Shown here: positions 32,618-41,123 of the stretch, piece after piece
How positions within the stretch are numbered: position 1 is the first letter of the stretch
Layout of the letters: each line of letters opens with the position of its first letter
Assembly (NCBI GenBank): GCA_963755475.1
Contig: CAVWJK010000003.1
Coordinates: 1,759,386 to 1,823,385, forward strand
DNA from: an uncultured Solirubrobacteraceae bacterium
Lineage (GTDB): Bacteria; Actinomycetota; Thermoleophilia; Solirubrobacterales; Solirubrobacteraceae
Direction of reading: 5' to 3'
Length of the DNA: 64,000 nt
Position numbers and translations under genes: made by a program
The notes under the pieces: model-generated
Told to the model about the DNA's origin: nothing
Database searches by the model: none
What the model saw: only the letters and a program-made list of their open reading frames with translations

Positions 32618-33220
32618 GTGATCGACGGCCGTCGCGAGCGCGGGCAGGCAACCCGCGAGCGCCTGATTGAGGCCGCGCGCGCGCAGTTCGGCGCGTATGG
32701 CTACGAGAGCGCGTCACTCGACGCGATCCTTGGCGCGGCTGGCGTCAAGCGCGGCGCCCTCTACCACCACTTCGAGAGCAAGCAGGCACTGTTCGATTCC
32801 GTCCTCGACCGCGTCGTCGAGGAGATCGCAGCGCGGGTCGCCCGCGCTGCCCGCGCCGCCCGTGATCCCGTCGAGAGCCTGCGGATCGGCTGCAGGACCT
32901 GGCTGCGGATGGCACTCGATCCCGCAGTCCAACAGATCGTCCTCATCGACCCGCCATCGGTCGTCGGCTGGACGCGCTGGCGCGAGATCGACGAGCGCCA
33001 CACGCTCGGCGGGCTCCAACGCAACCTCGAACAGCTTGCCGAGCATGGCCGACTCGCCAACGGCGACGTTGCCCTGCTCGCACACATGGTGCTCGCTTCC
33101 GTCAACGAGGCAGCGCTGCTCATCGCACACGCTGACAAACCACGCGCCGCCCTCAGGGTTGGCGAAGCAACAGTCGACACGCTCCTCACGGGGCTCGTGC
33201 CCGACGCCACGGCGCACTGA
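32618..33220 (+). CDS. TetR-family regulator
   Basis: RGQATRERLIEAA...AGVKRGALYHHFESKQALF. Confidence 0.9.
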   Translation: MIDGRRERGQATRERLIEAARAQFGAYGYESASLDAILGAAGVKRGALYHHFESKQALFDSVLDRVVEEIAARVARAARAARDPVESLRIGCRTWLRMALDPAVQQIVLIDPPSVVGWTRWREIDERHTLGGLQRNLEQLAEHGRLANGDVALLAHMVLASVNEAALLIAHADKPRAALRVGEATVDTLLTGLVPDATAH

Positions 33221-33339
33221 CCGAAGCGCTCCCTCCCGCTATCACGAGGGGACGATCTCAAGCGGCTCCGTCGTTCGCCAGGCGCGGACCAGGATCAAGG
33301 CGCCCTGGTGGTGGCGGGCGACAGCGACGCCTGCTGGAG

Positions 33340-33650
33340 GCTAGGTACCGACGAACCAGCCCCCCGCCACACGGCGGCTGAATCACACCGTCATGCGTTA
33401 CGAGGCGCTGCTCTCGCCCGTCAACCACCTGCCGATCCCCGTTCGTCGCGTAACCGCCGACGCCAGGGTCTTGATGACCGACTTCGGCATCGCTTCCTAC
33501 GACGCCGTACACGCCGCCAGCGCCATCGCCGCAGGCGCCGAGGCGATCGTCACGCTCGACACCGGCTTCGCGCTGCTCCCCTCCGCTCAGCTCGCGATCT
33601 ACACCGACCGCTCGCGGCTCGCGTCGTGCCGCGACAAGCGACCGCGCTAA
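33340..33650 (+). pseudogene. 5'-truncated paralog of the PIN gene at 30911
   Basis: ASYDAVHAASAIAAGAEAIVTLDTGFALLPS..YTDRSRL; N-terminal catalytic Asp missing. Confidence 0.8.
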
Positions 33651-33664
33651 GCGAGCGCGGATCA

Positions 33665-34297
33665 CTACTCGAGCTCCCGAAGCAGTTTCGATTTCCAGGC
33701 CCCGGCACTGTCGATCGGTATGTAGGCGATCCCGTCGGTGTCGGACGGAAGCTCGACGCCATCCTCATACAGCACAGCGACGTGCTCCCGCCCGAGACGC
33801 CCATAGAAGAATCCCATCTCAAGGACGACGTTCTGGCGGGCGCGCGGATGAAGTTCGTGCTCGGAAACTCCGCCTACATCGTCCGCCGTGAGCAAGATTA
33901 CGGCCCAGCCCGCCTCGGACGCATGCCGTTCAAACTTCTCGATCAGCGTCTGGCCCCTGTTCGCCTGTTCGTGGAGAATGACCGCCTTACGTCCGCCCTC
34001 CTCGTTGATCGTGCGAGCGACCTGTTCGCGGATTAGTTCGTTGTGACCATGGACTACAAAGACGCCTGCAGGCACCGGCTCCTCCTCGGGCTCGGGATCG
34101 GTCGCCAAACCGGACGGCTCCTCGGCGAACTCAAGACGTTCGACTAGCGACTGCATTACATTCAGGCAGGACGCGTGCCGTTCGAGAGCACGTTCCGCAT
34201 CGACCTGCCGTGGCGTACCGGCGATAGCAACGAAGATGCGGCCTGACTGATCGAACTCCTTCCACTCCGGGGAGCCCCCGCCGTAGATGACGCGCAA
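33665..34297 (-). CDS. TIR-like nucleotide-binding protein (CAP12/Pycsar-effector TIR family); the frame stays open to about 34429 without a canonical start
   Basis: VFVVHGHN, ILHEQANRGQTLIEKFE, AVILLTADD, RARQNVVLEMGFF, LPSD. Confidence 0.88.
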   Translation of the reverse strand: MRVIYGGGSPEWKEFDQSGRIFVAIAGTPRQVDAERALERHASCLNVMQSLVERLEFAEEPSGLATDPEPEEEPVPAGVFVVHGHNELIREQVARTINEEGGRKAVILHEQANRGQTLIEKFERHASEAGWAVILLTADDVGGVSEHELHPRARQNVVLEMGFFYGRLGREHVAVLYEDGVELPSDTDGIAYIPIDSAGAWKSKLLRELE

Positions 34298-34539
34298 TGC
34301 CTCGAGACTCAGACTCTTCCAGCGTTCTTTGTCGTGTATCCATCCGCGATAACCAGCGTCGGAGCTGACCTGTTGCGCGAGAGTATCCCCGAGAGCCCGA
34401 TCCTCGGCTCGAGCTCGGGCTACCAGAATCTACTCGGAAAACAGATCGAAAGCGGTAAACGTAGGCCGTCGCAGCCGCTTGGCCCGGTAGGCTGGCGCGC
34501 CATGGTCGCGATTTCTTCTGTCATCTCGTGCTCGATACA

Positions 34540-34910
34540 CCGCCCCCGGAGACTGTCTACCAACTCGCCCATCAGCGGCTGCACGGTCAGCTGCTAAGGC
34601 GCCGAACCCTGAATACGGCCCCTCATTTGCGTCCTCTGGCAGCAGGGCTTGAGACCCCAGCGGCGATCTGATCTCATCGCGCAGCCCATGAAGCGTGATC
34701 GCGAGCACGAGCGCCGGCCGCCCGAGCCCTGCGTGACCAAGCGACAGCCGAGCACCTGAGCGTCACGCCACGCTGGATCGAGCTCCAGCAGCCGCTCGGT
34801 CTTCCGCGCCTGTCCACCGGCGGCATGAGCCGCTATCGAATCTCAGAGGTCGAGGCTTGGCTGCGCGAGCGTTACGGCTGCCCCTCGGAGCCACCCACGT
34901 AGTCGCTGAC
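34540..34910 (+). pseudogene. Remnant RelE-like 3' end plus frameshifted excisionase-like HTH (copy of about 37660-38027)
   Basis: VYQLAHQRLHGQL, then MKRDREHE..PPEP.VTKRQ and GGMSRYRISEVEAWLRERYG. Confidence 0.8.
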
Positions 34911-34984
34911 CGAGGCCCATGGCCGTCGCTGCTTTCGCACCGATTCGCCTCCGTACGCCCTCGTTCGCTTCTACCCGACCCGAC

Positions 34985-35185
34985 TGAAAGTTTTTGTCCC
35001 GTAACGGCCCCCGAGACGACCTTTCTATGTCGGGAGACCCATCAAAAAATATCGGGGCGCCCGGTTAGAGTTGGCTTGCCTATGCGGTTTTTGGGCCGTC
35101 TGCGGGGGATTTACGACGGCCATGCCGCGCCGAAGCCGGGGGTTCCGCGAAATCATACCCGCCGTATGCCATCGTGAACGGATGT
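34985..35185. repeat. att-like junction 3 (core ATCGGGGCGCCCGG at 35051, 14/14 identical to the tRNA end)
   Basis: Left arm TTGTCCCGTA.CGGCCC.CGAGACGACCTTTCTA is shared with junction 4; right arm GGTTAGAGTTGGCTTGCCTATGCGGTTTT...CGTATGCCATCGTGAAC. Confidence 0.88.
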
Positions 35186-35228
35186 ACTGGCGTGAGCTTC
35201 GCTAGCTCGTTGCGTATCTTTTCCGGCG

Positions 35229-36071
35229 ATGGCATGCCCACGGTGTGGACAAGCTGGACCACGTAGACATATCGCGCCTGGATTCTGGGAATGTCAGGCT
35301 CAGGTAGAGCATATCGGTACGGCCATGAGGCCGATGCCCGGTCGTCCCTGGATGAGTCAACCGTCGCCGATCGTGGACGTCGAGGCGTGCGGTACCCGCT
35401 ATCAGGAGGAGACCACAGCGGGCGAACGCACCGCCCTTTGCTCATGCGGCACGTTTGCGATCGGCATCTGCTCGGACTGCCATCGGCCGGTTTGCGGCGA
35501 ATGCAGCAGGATGCACGCTAGCCAGCGCACGTGCACGGCGTGCCTCGAAGCGATCAGGCAGGCGGAGGCGGAGGAGCAGAGGCGCGCTAAAGAGCGAGCG
35601 ATAGCCGAGCGGGACACGTGGGAGAACGAGCCGTTGACTCTCAGCCGGCCACAAGCGTTTGACATCCTTTTCATCCGGGAGGCCGACCAGCGCGAGATCA
35701 ATTCCGCGGTCGGTTGCCTAGAGTCAATTGAGGAGCCAGAGTTTCGCGAGCTAGCGATTGCCTGCCTGGAAGCTGCTGGCCGCCCGCTTAAGGAGGAAAC
35801 GCTCCACGACAGATCACGCGGCTTCCTAGCCCGCCTTCGCTCATACCGCGTCTGGTGGTTCTTCGCTCCACGGACCCGTGGCATCCAGTATGTCGGCATT
35901 ACGCCCGAGGGACGCTGGATGGAGTGGACAGAATCAAGCGGCGATAGGAATTGGGGTGTTCGTCGCTACACCGATCTCACGACATCTGCGGTGCGCGATT
36001 TGATTAGCGACGCGTCTCGCGGTGGCGGCGGGAGGTCGGCTGGCAACTCGTTCTTCCAGCGGCCTTTCTAG
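35229..36071 (+). CDS. Hypothetical Cys-rich (zinc-finger/B-box-like) protein
   Basis: CPRC, CSCGTFAIGICSDCHRPVCGEC, CTAC, then a coiled segment. Confidence 0.65.
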   Translation: MACPRCGQAGPRRHIAPGFWECQAQVEHIGTAMRPMPGRPWMSQPSPIVDVEACGTRYQEETTAGERTALCSCGTFAIGICSDCHRPVCGECSRMHASQRTCTACLEAIRQAEAEEQRRAKERAIAERDTWENEPLTLSRPQAFDILFIREADQREINSAVGCLESIEEPEFRELAIACLEAAGRPLKEETLHDRSRGFLARLRSYRVWWFFAPRTRGIQYVGITPEGRWMEWTESSGDRNWGVRRYTDLTTSAVRDLISDASRGGGGRSAGNSFFQRPF

Positions 36072-36204
36072 TCGCCAGAGCCAGCAGTTGGAAAGCTAAC
36101 CCGGACGCGACTTTGGGGTTTCCTCGTCGGGACACCCGACCAAGACGCATCCAACACCCGGCGGCCCTGGCACACGGCTCCAGATACGCGCGAGAATACC
36201 GTCG

Positions 36205-36897
36205 ATGATCGAACTGCGTGGTCCATCGAGCGAGGTCTTTCTTGTTGATGAGGGGAAGCTAGACGAGAGAGCGTGGTTGGCATTCATCTACGGCCAATGT
36301 CACGGCCTCGCACTCGCCCTCCACAACAGAACTGGTTGGCCACTGGTGGCGGTGGTCGATGACAACGGGGCGTGTGGACATGTCTGTGTCCGTCGCCCCG
36401 ACGGCCAGATCGTCGATGTCACTGGGGCGCACACTAGCGAGGAGATGGCCTCCGCATTAGGACAAATACTGCATATCGATACTCACTACATCCGTGACCT
36501 CGAATCTCAACACGGCTGGGCATCTGCAGAACCGGACTCCGCCGGCGCATGGGTAGACGCGGTCATAGCACGCGCCGAAGCACCCACACGAATTTCAGCG
36601 ATGGCAAAGCCCGCACTTCAAATAACCATGCAGATCGACCGCGATCTGGAACTCAAGATCGAATGGCCCGGTGCCATGCACCTGAACGTGTATGTGCGCC
36701 GCATACCGAGCGCAGTCGAGCGATGGACGCTGTACGGCGAGGTCGGGCTTCGTCCCGACGCAAACGGTGTCTACGTCATCGACTACACGCTTGCTCGACT
36801 ACAGCGACTCGGCACAGCATGGCTCAACTCCAACTTCGACCGTGCGAAGGCCGATGGCACGCTCGCTGCAACGCCACCCACCGACCAGGCGTCGTGA
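36205..36897 (+). CDS. Hypothetical protein with a possible Cys-His-Asp triad
   Basis: GQCHGLALALH..TGWP...GHVCVRRPDGQIVDVTG. Confidence 0.6.
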   Translation: MIELRGPSSEVFLVDEGKLDERAWLAFIYGQCHGLALALHNRTGWPLVAVVDDNGACGHVCVRRPDGQIVDVTGAHTSEEMASALGQILHIDTHYIRDLESQHGWASAEPDSAGAWVDAVIARAEAPTRISAMAKPALQITMQIDRDLELKIEWPGAMHLNVYVRRIPSAVERWTLYGEVGLRPDANGVYVIDYTLARLQRLGTAWLNSNFDRAKADGTLAATPPTDQAS

Positions 36898-37113
36898 CGC
36901 AGGTCGCCTTCAGGGACGTAACCATGACCGCGCATCGTTGGGACACTGCGGCAGTAGCGCGGCGCCCGCGAGGTAGCTCGGCGGGCGATGGGGCCATCCC
37001 GTCTCGGCTCGACCGTATCACCCGGCCGACGAGATCGGATCGCCTGGCGTACGTAGATAGGTTCCCCGCCGTCGCTTGCCGACGGGCCAGAGGCACCTGC
37101 CATTATGGAGAGC

Positions 37114-37329
37114 ATGGCCGAGCAGGCGCATGTCAAGCTCAGCGGCGATATCAACGGCCGCTACGTCGTGACCGACCGTCGGGCCGGCGGGGAGCTTACG
37201 CTCGTGCCGGACACCTCCGCTGAGGCTATACGCGAGCGCGCCGGCTTGCTCGATCCGACGCCAGAGCAAGCGGAGGCATTCTGGCGCGAGAACGAGCCGC
37301 ACATGCTCCCGCCCGACGACGAGCCGTAG
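37114..37329 (+). CDS. Small acidic-tailed protein, putative antitoxin
   Basis: Directly precedes the RelE-like gene; its tail is conserved at 29715. Confidence 0.6.
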   Translation: MAEQAHVKLSGDINGRYVVTDRRAGGELTLVPDTSAEAIRERAGLLDPTPEQAEAFWRENEPHMLPPDDEP

Positions 37330-37332
37330 CCC

Positions 37333-37716
37333 GTGGGCGACACTGAGCGCCGCGCCAGAGCACAGTTCGACGCCGACGCCTGGGAGGAAGACCTCGCTCG
37401 CAGCACCCCCGCCGGCCACCAGGCCGCAGAGGCAGCACGCAAGGACTACGAGCAGCGCGGCGTCCCGATCGCGCAGCTGCGCCGCGTCGCCGAGCACGGC
37501 CACGACCGCACCATCCTTCCGGACTGCATGAAGGTCTACGTGCCGGCGCCCGATGGTCGGTTCGGGATGATCTTCATGCTCAAGTTCCAACCCGATGGTC
37601 GGCCCGTGCTGATGTTCCTCGCCTTCGGCGTGCACCACCACCCCCAAGGCTCGCAGCGCCCGACCGTCTACCAACTCGCCCACCAGCGCCTGCACGGACA
37701 GCTACCAAGACGCTGA
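37333..37716 (+). CDS. Putative RelE/ParE-like toxin
   Basis: 127 aa; LPDCMKVY..RFGMIF..LMFLAFGVH..VYQLAHQRL resembles the RelE C-terminal half; three copies in the array. Confidence 0.55.
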   Translation: MGDTERRARAQFDADAWEEDLARSTPAGHQAAEAARKDYEQRGVPIAQLRRVAEHGHDRTILPDCMKVYVPAPDGRFGMIFMLKFQPDGRPVLMFLAFGVHHHPQGSQRPTVYQLAHQRLHGQLPRR

Positions 37717-37796
37717 GCCTGAACACGGCCATCATCTGCGTCCGCTGACGGTAGAGCTTGAGACCCCAGCGGCGATCTGATCTCATCGCGCAGCCC

Positions 37797-38027
37797 ATGA
37801 ATCGTGATCTTGAGCACGAGCACCTGCCGCCCGAGCCCTGGGTGACCAAGCGACAGCTCGCCGACCATCTGAGCGTGACGCCACGCTGGATCGAGCTCCA
37901 ACAGCCGCTCGCCCTTCCGCGTTGGTCCACTGGCGGCATGAGCCGCTATCGGATCTCAGAGGTCGAGGCCTGGCTGCGCGAGCGCTACGGCTCGCCCCCG
38001 GAGGCGTCTCAGCAACGCAATCGCTGA
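37797..38027 (+). CDS. Excisionase-like (MerR/AlpA-type) HTH protein
   Basis: WVTKRQLADHLSVTPRWI...RYRISEVEAWL; adjacent to junction 4. Confidence 0.75.
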   Translation: MNRDLEHEHLPPEPWVTKRQLADHLSVTPRWIELQQPLALPRWSTGGMSRYRISEVEAWLRERYGSPPEASQQRNR

Positions 38028-38089
38028 CCGAGGGCGTCGCTGGTTTCGCGTCGATTCGCCTTCGTTCGCCTCGCGGCGACTCGACGCGA

Positions 38090-38285
38090 CGTATTTGTCC
38101 CGTATCGGCCCACGAGACGACCTTTCTAGGCCGAGAGACACCCAAAAAATCGGGGCGAACGGTTAGAGAACCAGCAAACACGGGGGCTTTCGGCCGCCTG
38201 CGGTCCGATTTGCGGTCCTCATATCGCGTCCGTACCGGGCTTCGAGCCCATCGGAACCCAACGTATGCCATGCTAAACGAGCGTA
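38090..38285. repeat. att-like junction 4 (core at 38149)
   Basis: Left arm shared with junction 3; TGCGGTCC at 38199 and 38211; CGTATGCCATGCTAAAC. Confidence 0.88.
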
Positions 38286-38429
38286 TAGCTTCTTTCCCGC
38301 GCGTATAGCTTTCTTTCGGCGCCTCCCGATCTCGTCGCCGATGCTGCGACCGGAGCGCTCGTGGCCTCCGTGCTCGCGCCACTCGCGTGATTCTGCCAAC
38401 GCCGCGCGAGGCGATGAGAATATCTCTAG

Positions 38430-39005
38430 CTAGCTGGCGGAGACGTTCGCGAGGGCCCTGGTGGCCTCGGTCACTATGTCGCCGAGACCGAGTTCGTTCA
38501 AACGATAAAGGGCCTCGCCGAGCTGCCCACCAATCTCCAGCAGGTCGGTTTCCTGCGGAGCGACTGCCTCCACGACCGCCGGCCGATCAGTAGGTCGCCT
38601 AACTGCGCCCAGTCGGCCGCCCTGGATCGGACCAAGCTCGGCCGCCGCGTAGCAGGCCTGCTTGACCGCGTCAACCAGCAGCGCCGGACGATCATGACGC
38701 CCTTGCAACTGGCTCAACTCAAATAGCTGGCCGCCCAAATGCTGACCCCGAGCGAACGCCCCCTCCGAGTCCCCGATCGGCGTCGTGTCCGTCCCACGCA
38801 CGCCCACTGTGTCCAGCGCTCGAGCGGCCCACTCGACTCCCACACTGAGCGCTGTCCACGCCTCTTCGCGCTGGGCGAAGACATCCTCATCCTCACGACT
38901 CAGAAGAGCATCCAGACGCGCGGTGGCGGTCATATCATCCCGCGCCGCGACCGCAATCAGGCGGCCACTCAGGGTGCCACCGTAGAAGATGGGCTCAACC
39001 GCCAT
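38430..39005 (-). CDS. Hypothetical helical protein (start may be 38933)
   Basis: 191-aa ORF with protein-like composition; no family recognised. Confidence 0.5.
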   Translation of the reverse strand: MAVEPIFYGGTLSGRLIAVAARDDMTATARLDALLSREDEDVFAQREEAWTALSVGVEWAARALDTVGVRGTDTTPIGDSEGAFARGQHLGGQLFELSQLQGRHDRPALLVDAVKQACYAAAELGPIQGGRLGAVRRPTDRPAVVEAVAPQETDLLEIGGQLGEALYRLNELGLGDIVTEATRALANVSAS

Positions 39006-39762
39006 GACCGAATTGTACTCTGGCCAGGTGCTGCTGCTAGCTACAAAACCGTTGTGGACCGATTACGTCAGCGCGTTCGGGGCCGCCGTCGGCATCTTGG
39101 TCGCCGCTGGCGCCTTCGTCGTGGCGCTTCGCAGCGCGCGTGATTCCCGCCGCAGTGCCGACGCCGCGGAGACGACCGCAGCCAGCGCACACGAGCAACT
39201 CGTGCTTGCCCGCGCGGAGCACGAGCAACTGGAAGCCGACCGCCGACGCCGCCCCATAATTGAGCGTATCCATGTCAGCGCAATCGCTTCCGGCCCCGGC
39301 GAGGAAGACCCGCCCGCTGGCGTGTTCAGCATCGGCTTGACCAACATCGGCGATCGCGACCTACAAGACGCCGTCCTGACGATCCTGTTCGATCGTGCAT
39401 CCGCTGCCCAGCTCACGAACCGCTGGGGTCAACCCGACCTCGATCAATCCCGCGACGCGACACAGGAGGGCTGGCCCGGAGTCGAAGGCCCCCCAGAGAG
39501 CTTCTACTTCTTCGCGCGGCCCATCACCGTGCAGGCCGGCGTGTCATTCGTCCAGTACGTGCGTATCCCGCGTGCGGGCCGCTTCCCAATCCGCGTAAAG
39601 TTGTTCCACGCGACACTGGACCGACGCGGCGCTTGGACGGACCGATGGATTGAGGTCGTCGACCCCACCGGCAAGACCACAGTGATCGATATCGGCCAAG
39701 GCCACCGAGACGGACCATACGACGGTCGCGACGCCGACTTCGATCGGCCCGAAGACCGTTGA
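39004..39762 (+). CDS. Hypothetical protein with N-terminal TM helix and coiled coil
   Basis: WTDYVSAFGAAVGILVAAGAFVVAL, SADAAETTA, beta-rich C-terminal domain; ends at the arm repeats of junction 5. Confidence 0.65.
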   Translation: MTELYSGQVLLLATKPLWTDYVSAFGAAVGILVAAGAFVVALRSARDSRRSADAAETTAASAHEQLVLARAEHEQLEADRRRRPIIERIHVSAIASGPGEEDPPAGVFSIGLTNIGDRDLQDAVLTILFDRASAAQLTNRWGQPDLDQSRDATQEGWPGVEGPPESFYFFARPITVQAGVSFVQYVRIPRAGRFPIRVKLFHATLDRRGAWTDRWIEVVDPTGKTTVIDIGQGHRDGPYDGRDADFDRPEDR

Positions 39763-39763
39763 T

Positions 39764-40045
39764 GCTGCGGTCTTTTTGCGGTCCCTTTTCGCGCCCGCTG
39801 CGGTCTCCAGACCACCGAACAGCCGCGAACACAAGCGAACACGCTCCCGCGATGCCCAGCGTTTTCGGGGATATTCGCCCGTGTTCGCTGCTGTTCGTGG
39901 TTCTCTAACCAATCGGGGCGAACGGTTAGAGTTGGCTTACCTATGCGGTTTTCGGGGCGTCTGCGGTCCCAATTGCGGTCCTCATACCGCGTGCGTACCA
40001 GCCGTCTCGCCGGTGGAGACCCGGCGTATGCCATCGTGAACGACC
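39764..40045. repeat. att-like junction 5 (core at 39912)
   Basis: CTCTAACC-aatcggggcgaac-GGTTAGAG inverted repeat around the core; TGCGGTC at 39766, 39777, 39799, 39962 and 39974. Confidence 0.9.
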
Positions 40046-40316
40046 GTACGGATAACTATCCACATCAGGCGCCCCAAGGTCGCGTGAGCCCCATCCTGGA
40101 GATCGCACGAAGCAGTCGCAAGCCACTGCGGCTAAAGGATCCTAGCCTTGCGGATGAGCCCGTTTGCGGTCCGAATCGTCGGCCGTCTTCCCGTCGAGGA
40201 TATGTGCCGTATAGGCCAGTAGTTTCGTGCTCGAAGGAGTTTAAGGCTTCTCACTGTCGCTCGTGCGGTATCGTGAGTCCAATACTTTCGTCCTCTAAGA
40301 GGCTACCGGTGTGCTG

Positions 40317-41123
40317 ATGTCTAGTCATGGGATCTCTGGTGCTGGTCGTGCCGAGCTCGCTGCGGTGGCCGGCCGGCGGCGGTTCATAGCGCCCGCAGAT
40401 GTGGCCGCTGAGCTGGGGGTCGACCGGCAGGTAGCTGCCCGAAGACTCGCGCACTGGGCCGAGAGGGGGTGGCTGCGCCGAGTGCGTCGCGGTCTCTACA
40501 TCCCCGTCCCCGTGGATGCCGAGCACCCTGAGAGCTGGTCCCAGGATGCGCTTGTGGTCGCTGCCGCCGCGTGGTCGCCGTGCTACTTCACGGGCTGGAC
40601 GGCTGCCAGTCACTGGGGATTGACGGAGCAGATGTTCCGGACCACCGTCGTAAAGACGACGCAGCGTGTCCGACATTCAGATGTCCGCCTGCTGGATTCA
40701 GACTACCTCCTCATGCACGTCGCGGAGGACAGGCTGTCCTGGGGGATGCGTTCGAGCTGGCACGAAGAGGTGCGTCTGCAGATCGCTGACCCGGCCCGAA
40801 CCGTCGTCGACATCCTCGACAGGCCGGGAATCGGCGGCGGCATTCGTCACGGCGCGGAGATCCTCGATGCGTATCTCGATGCCGAGGATTCGGCACGTCT
40901 GATCGAGTACGCGGAGCGACTCGATAATCGCGCCGTCTTCAAGCGTCTGGGTTACTTGATTGAGGCTTTGGGCCGTGATGACCCTGAGTTGATTGCCGCG
41001 TGTCGAGCTCGGCTTTCGGCCGGGATTGTGCTACTTGACCCCGATGCGTCGCTGGGCGGTCCGCGTATCCCGACGTGGGGGCTTCGCGCGAACGTGCAAG
41101 TCGCTCCCCACGGCCCATCGTGA
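40317..41123 (+). CDS. AbiEi-family antitoxin / transcriptional regulator
   Basis: GWLRRVRRGLY, YFTGWTAASHWGLTEQ, DPARTVVDILD, AVFKRLGYL. Confidence 0.88.
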   Translation: MSSHGISGAGRAELAAVAGRRRFIAPADVAAELGVDRQVAARRLAHWAERGWLRRVRRGLYIPVPVDAEHPESWSQDALVVAAAAWSPCYFTGWTAASHWGLTEQMFRTTVVKTTQRVRHSDVRLLDSDYLLMHVAEDRLSWGMRSSWHEEVRLQIADPARTVVDILDRPGIGGGIRHGAEILDAYLDAEDSARLIEYAERLDNRAVFKRLGYLIEALGRDDPELIAACRARLSAGIVLLDPDASLGGPRIPTWGLRANVQVAPHGPS

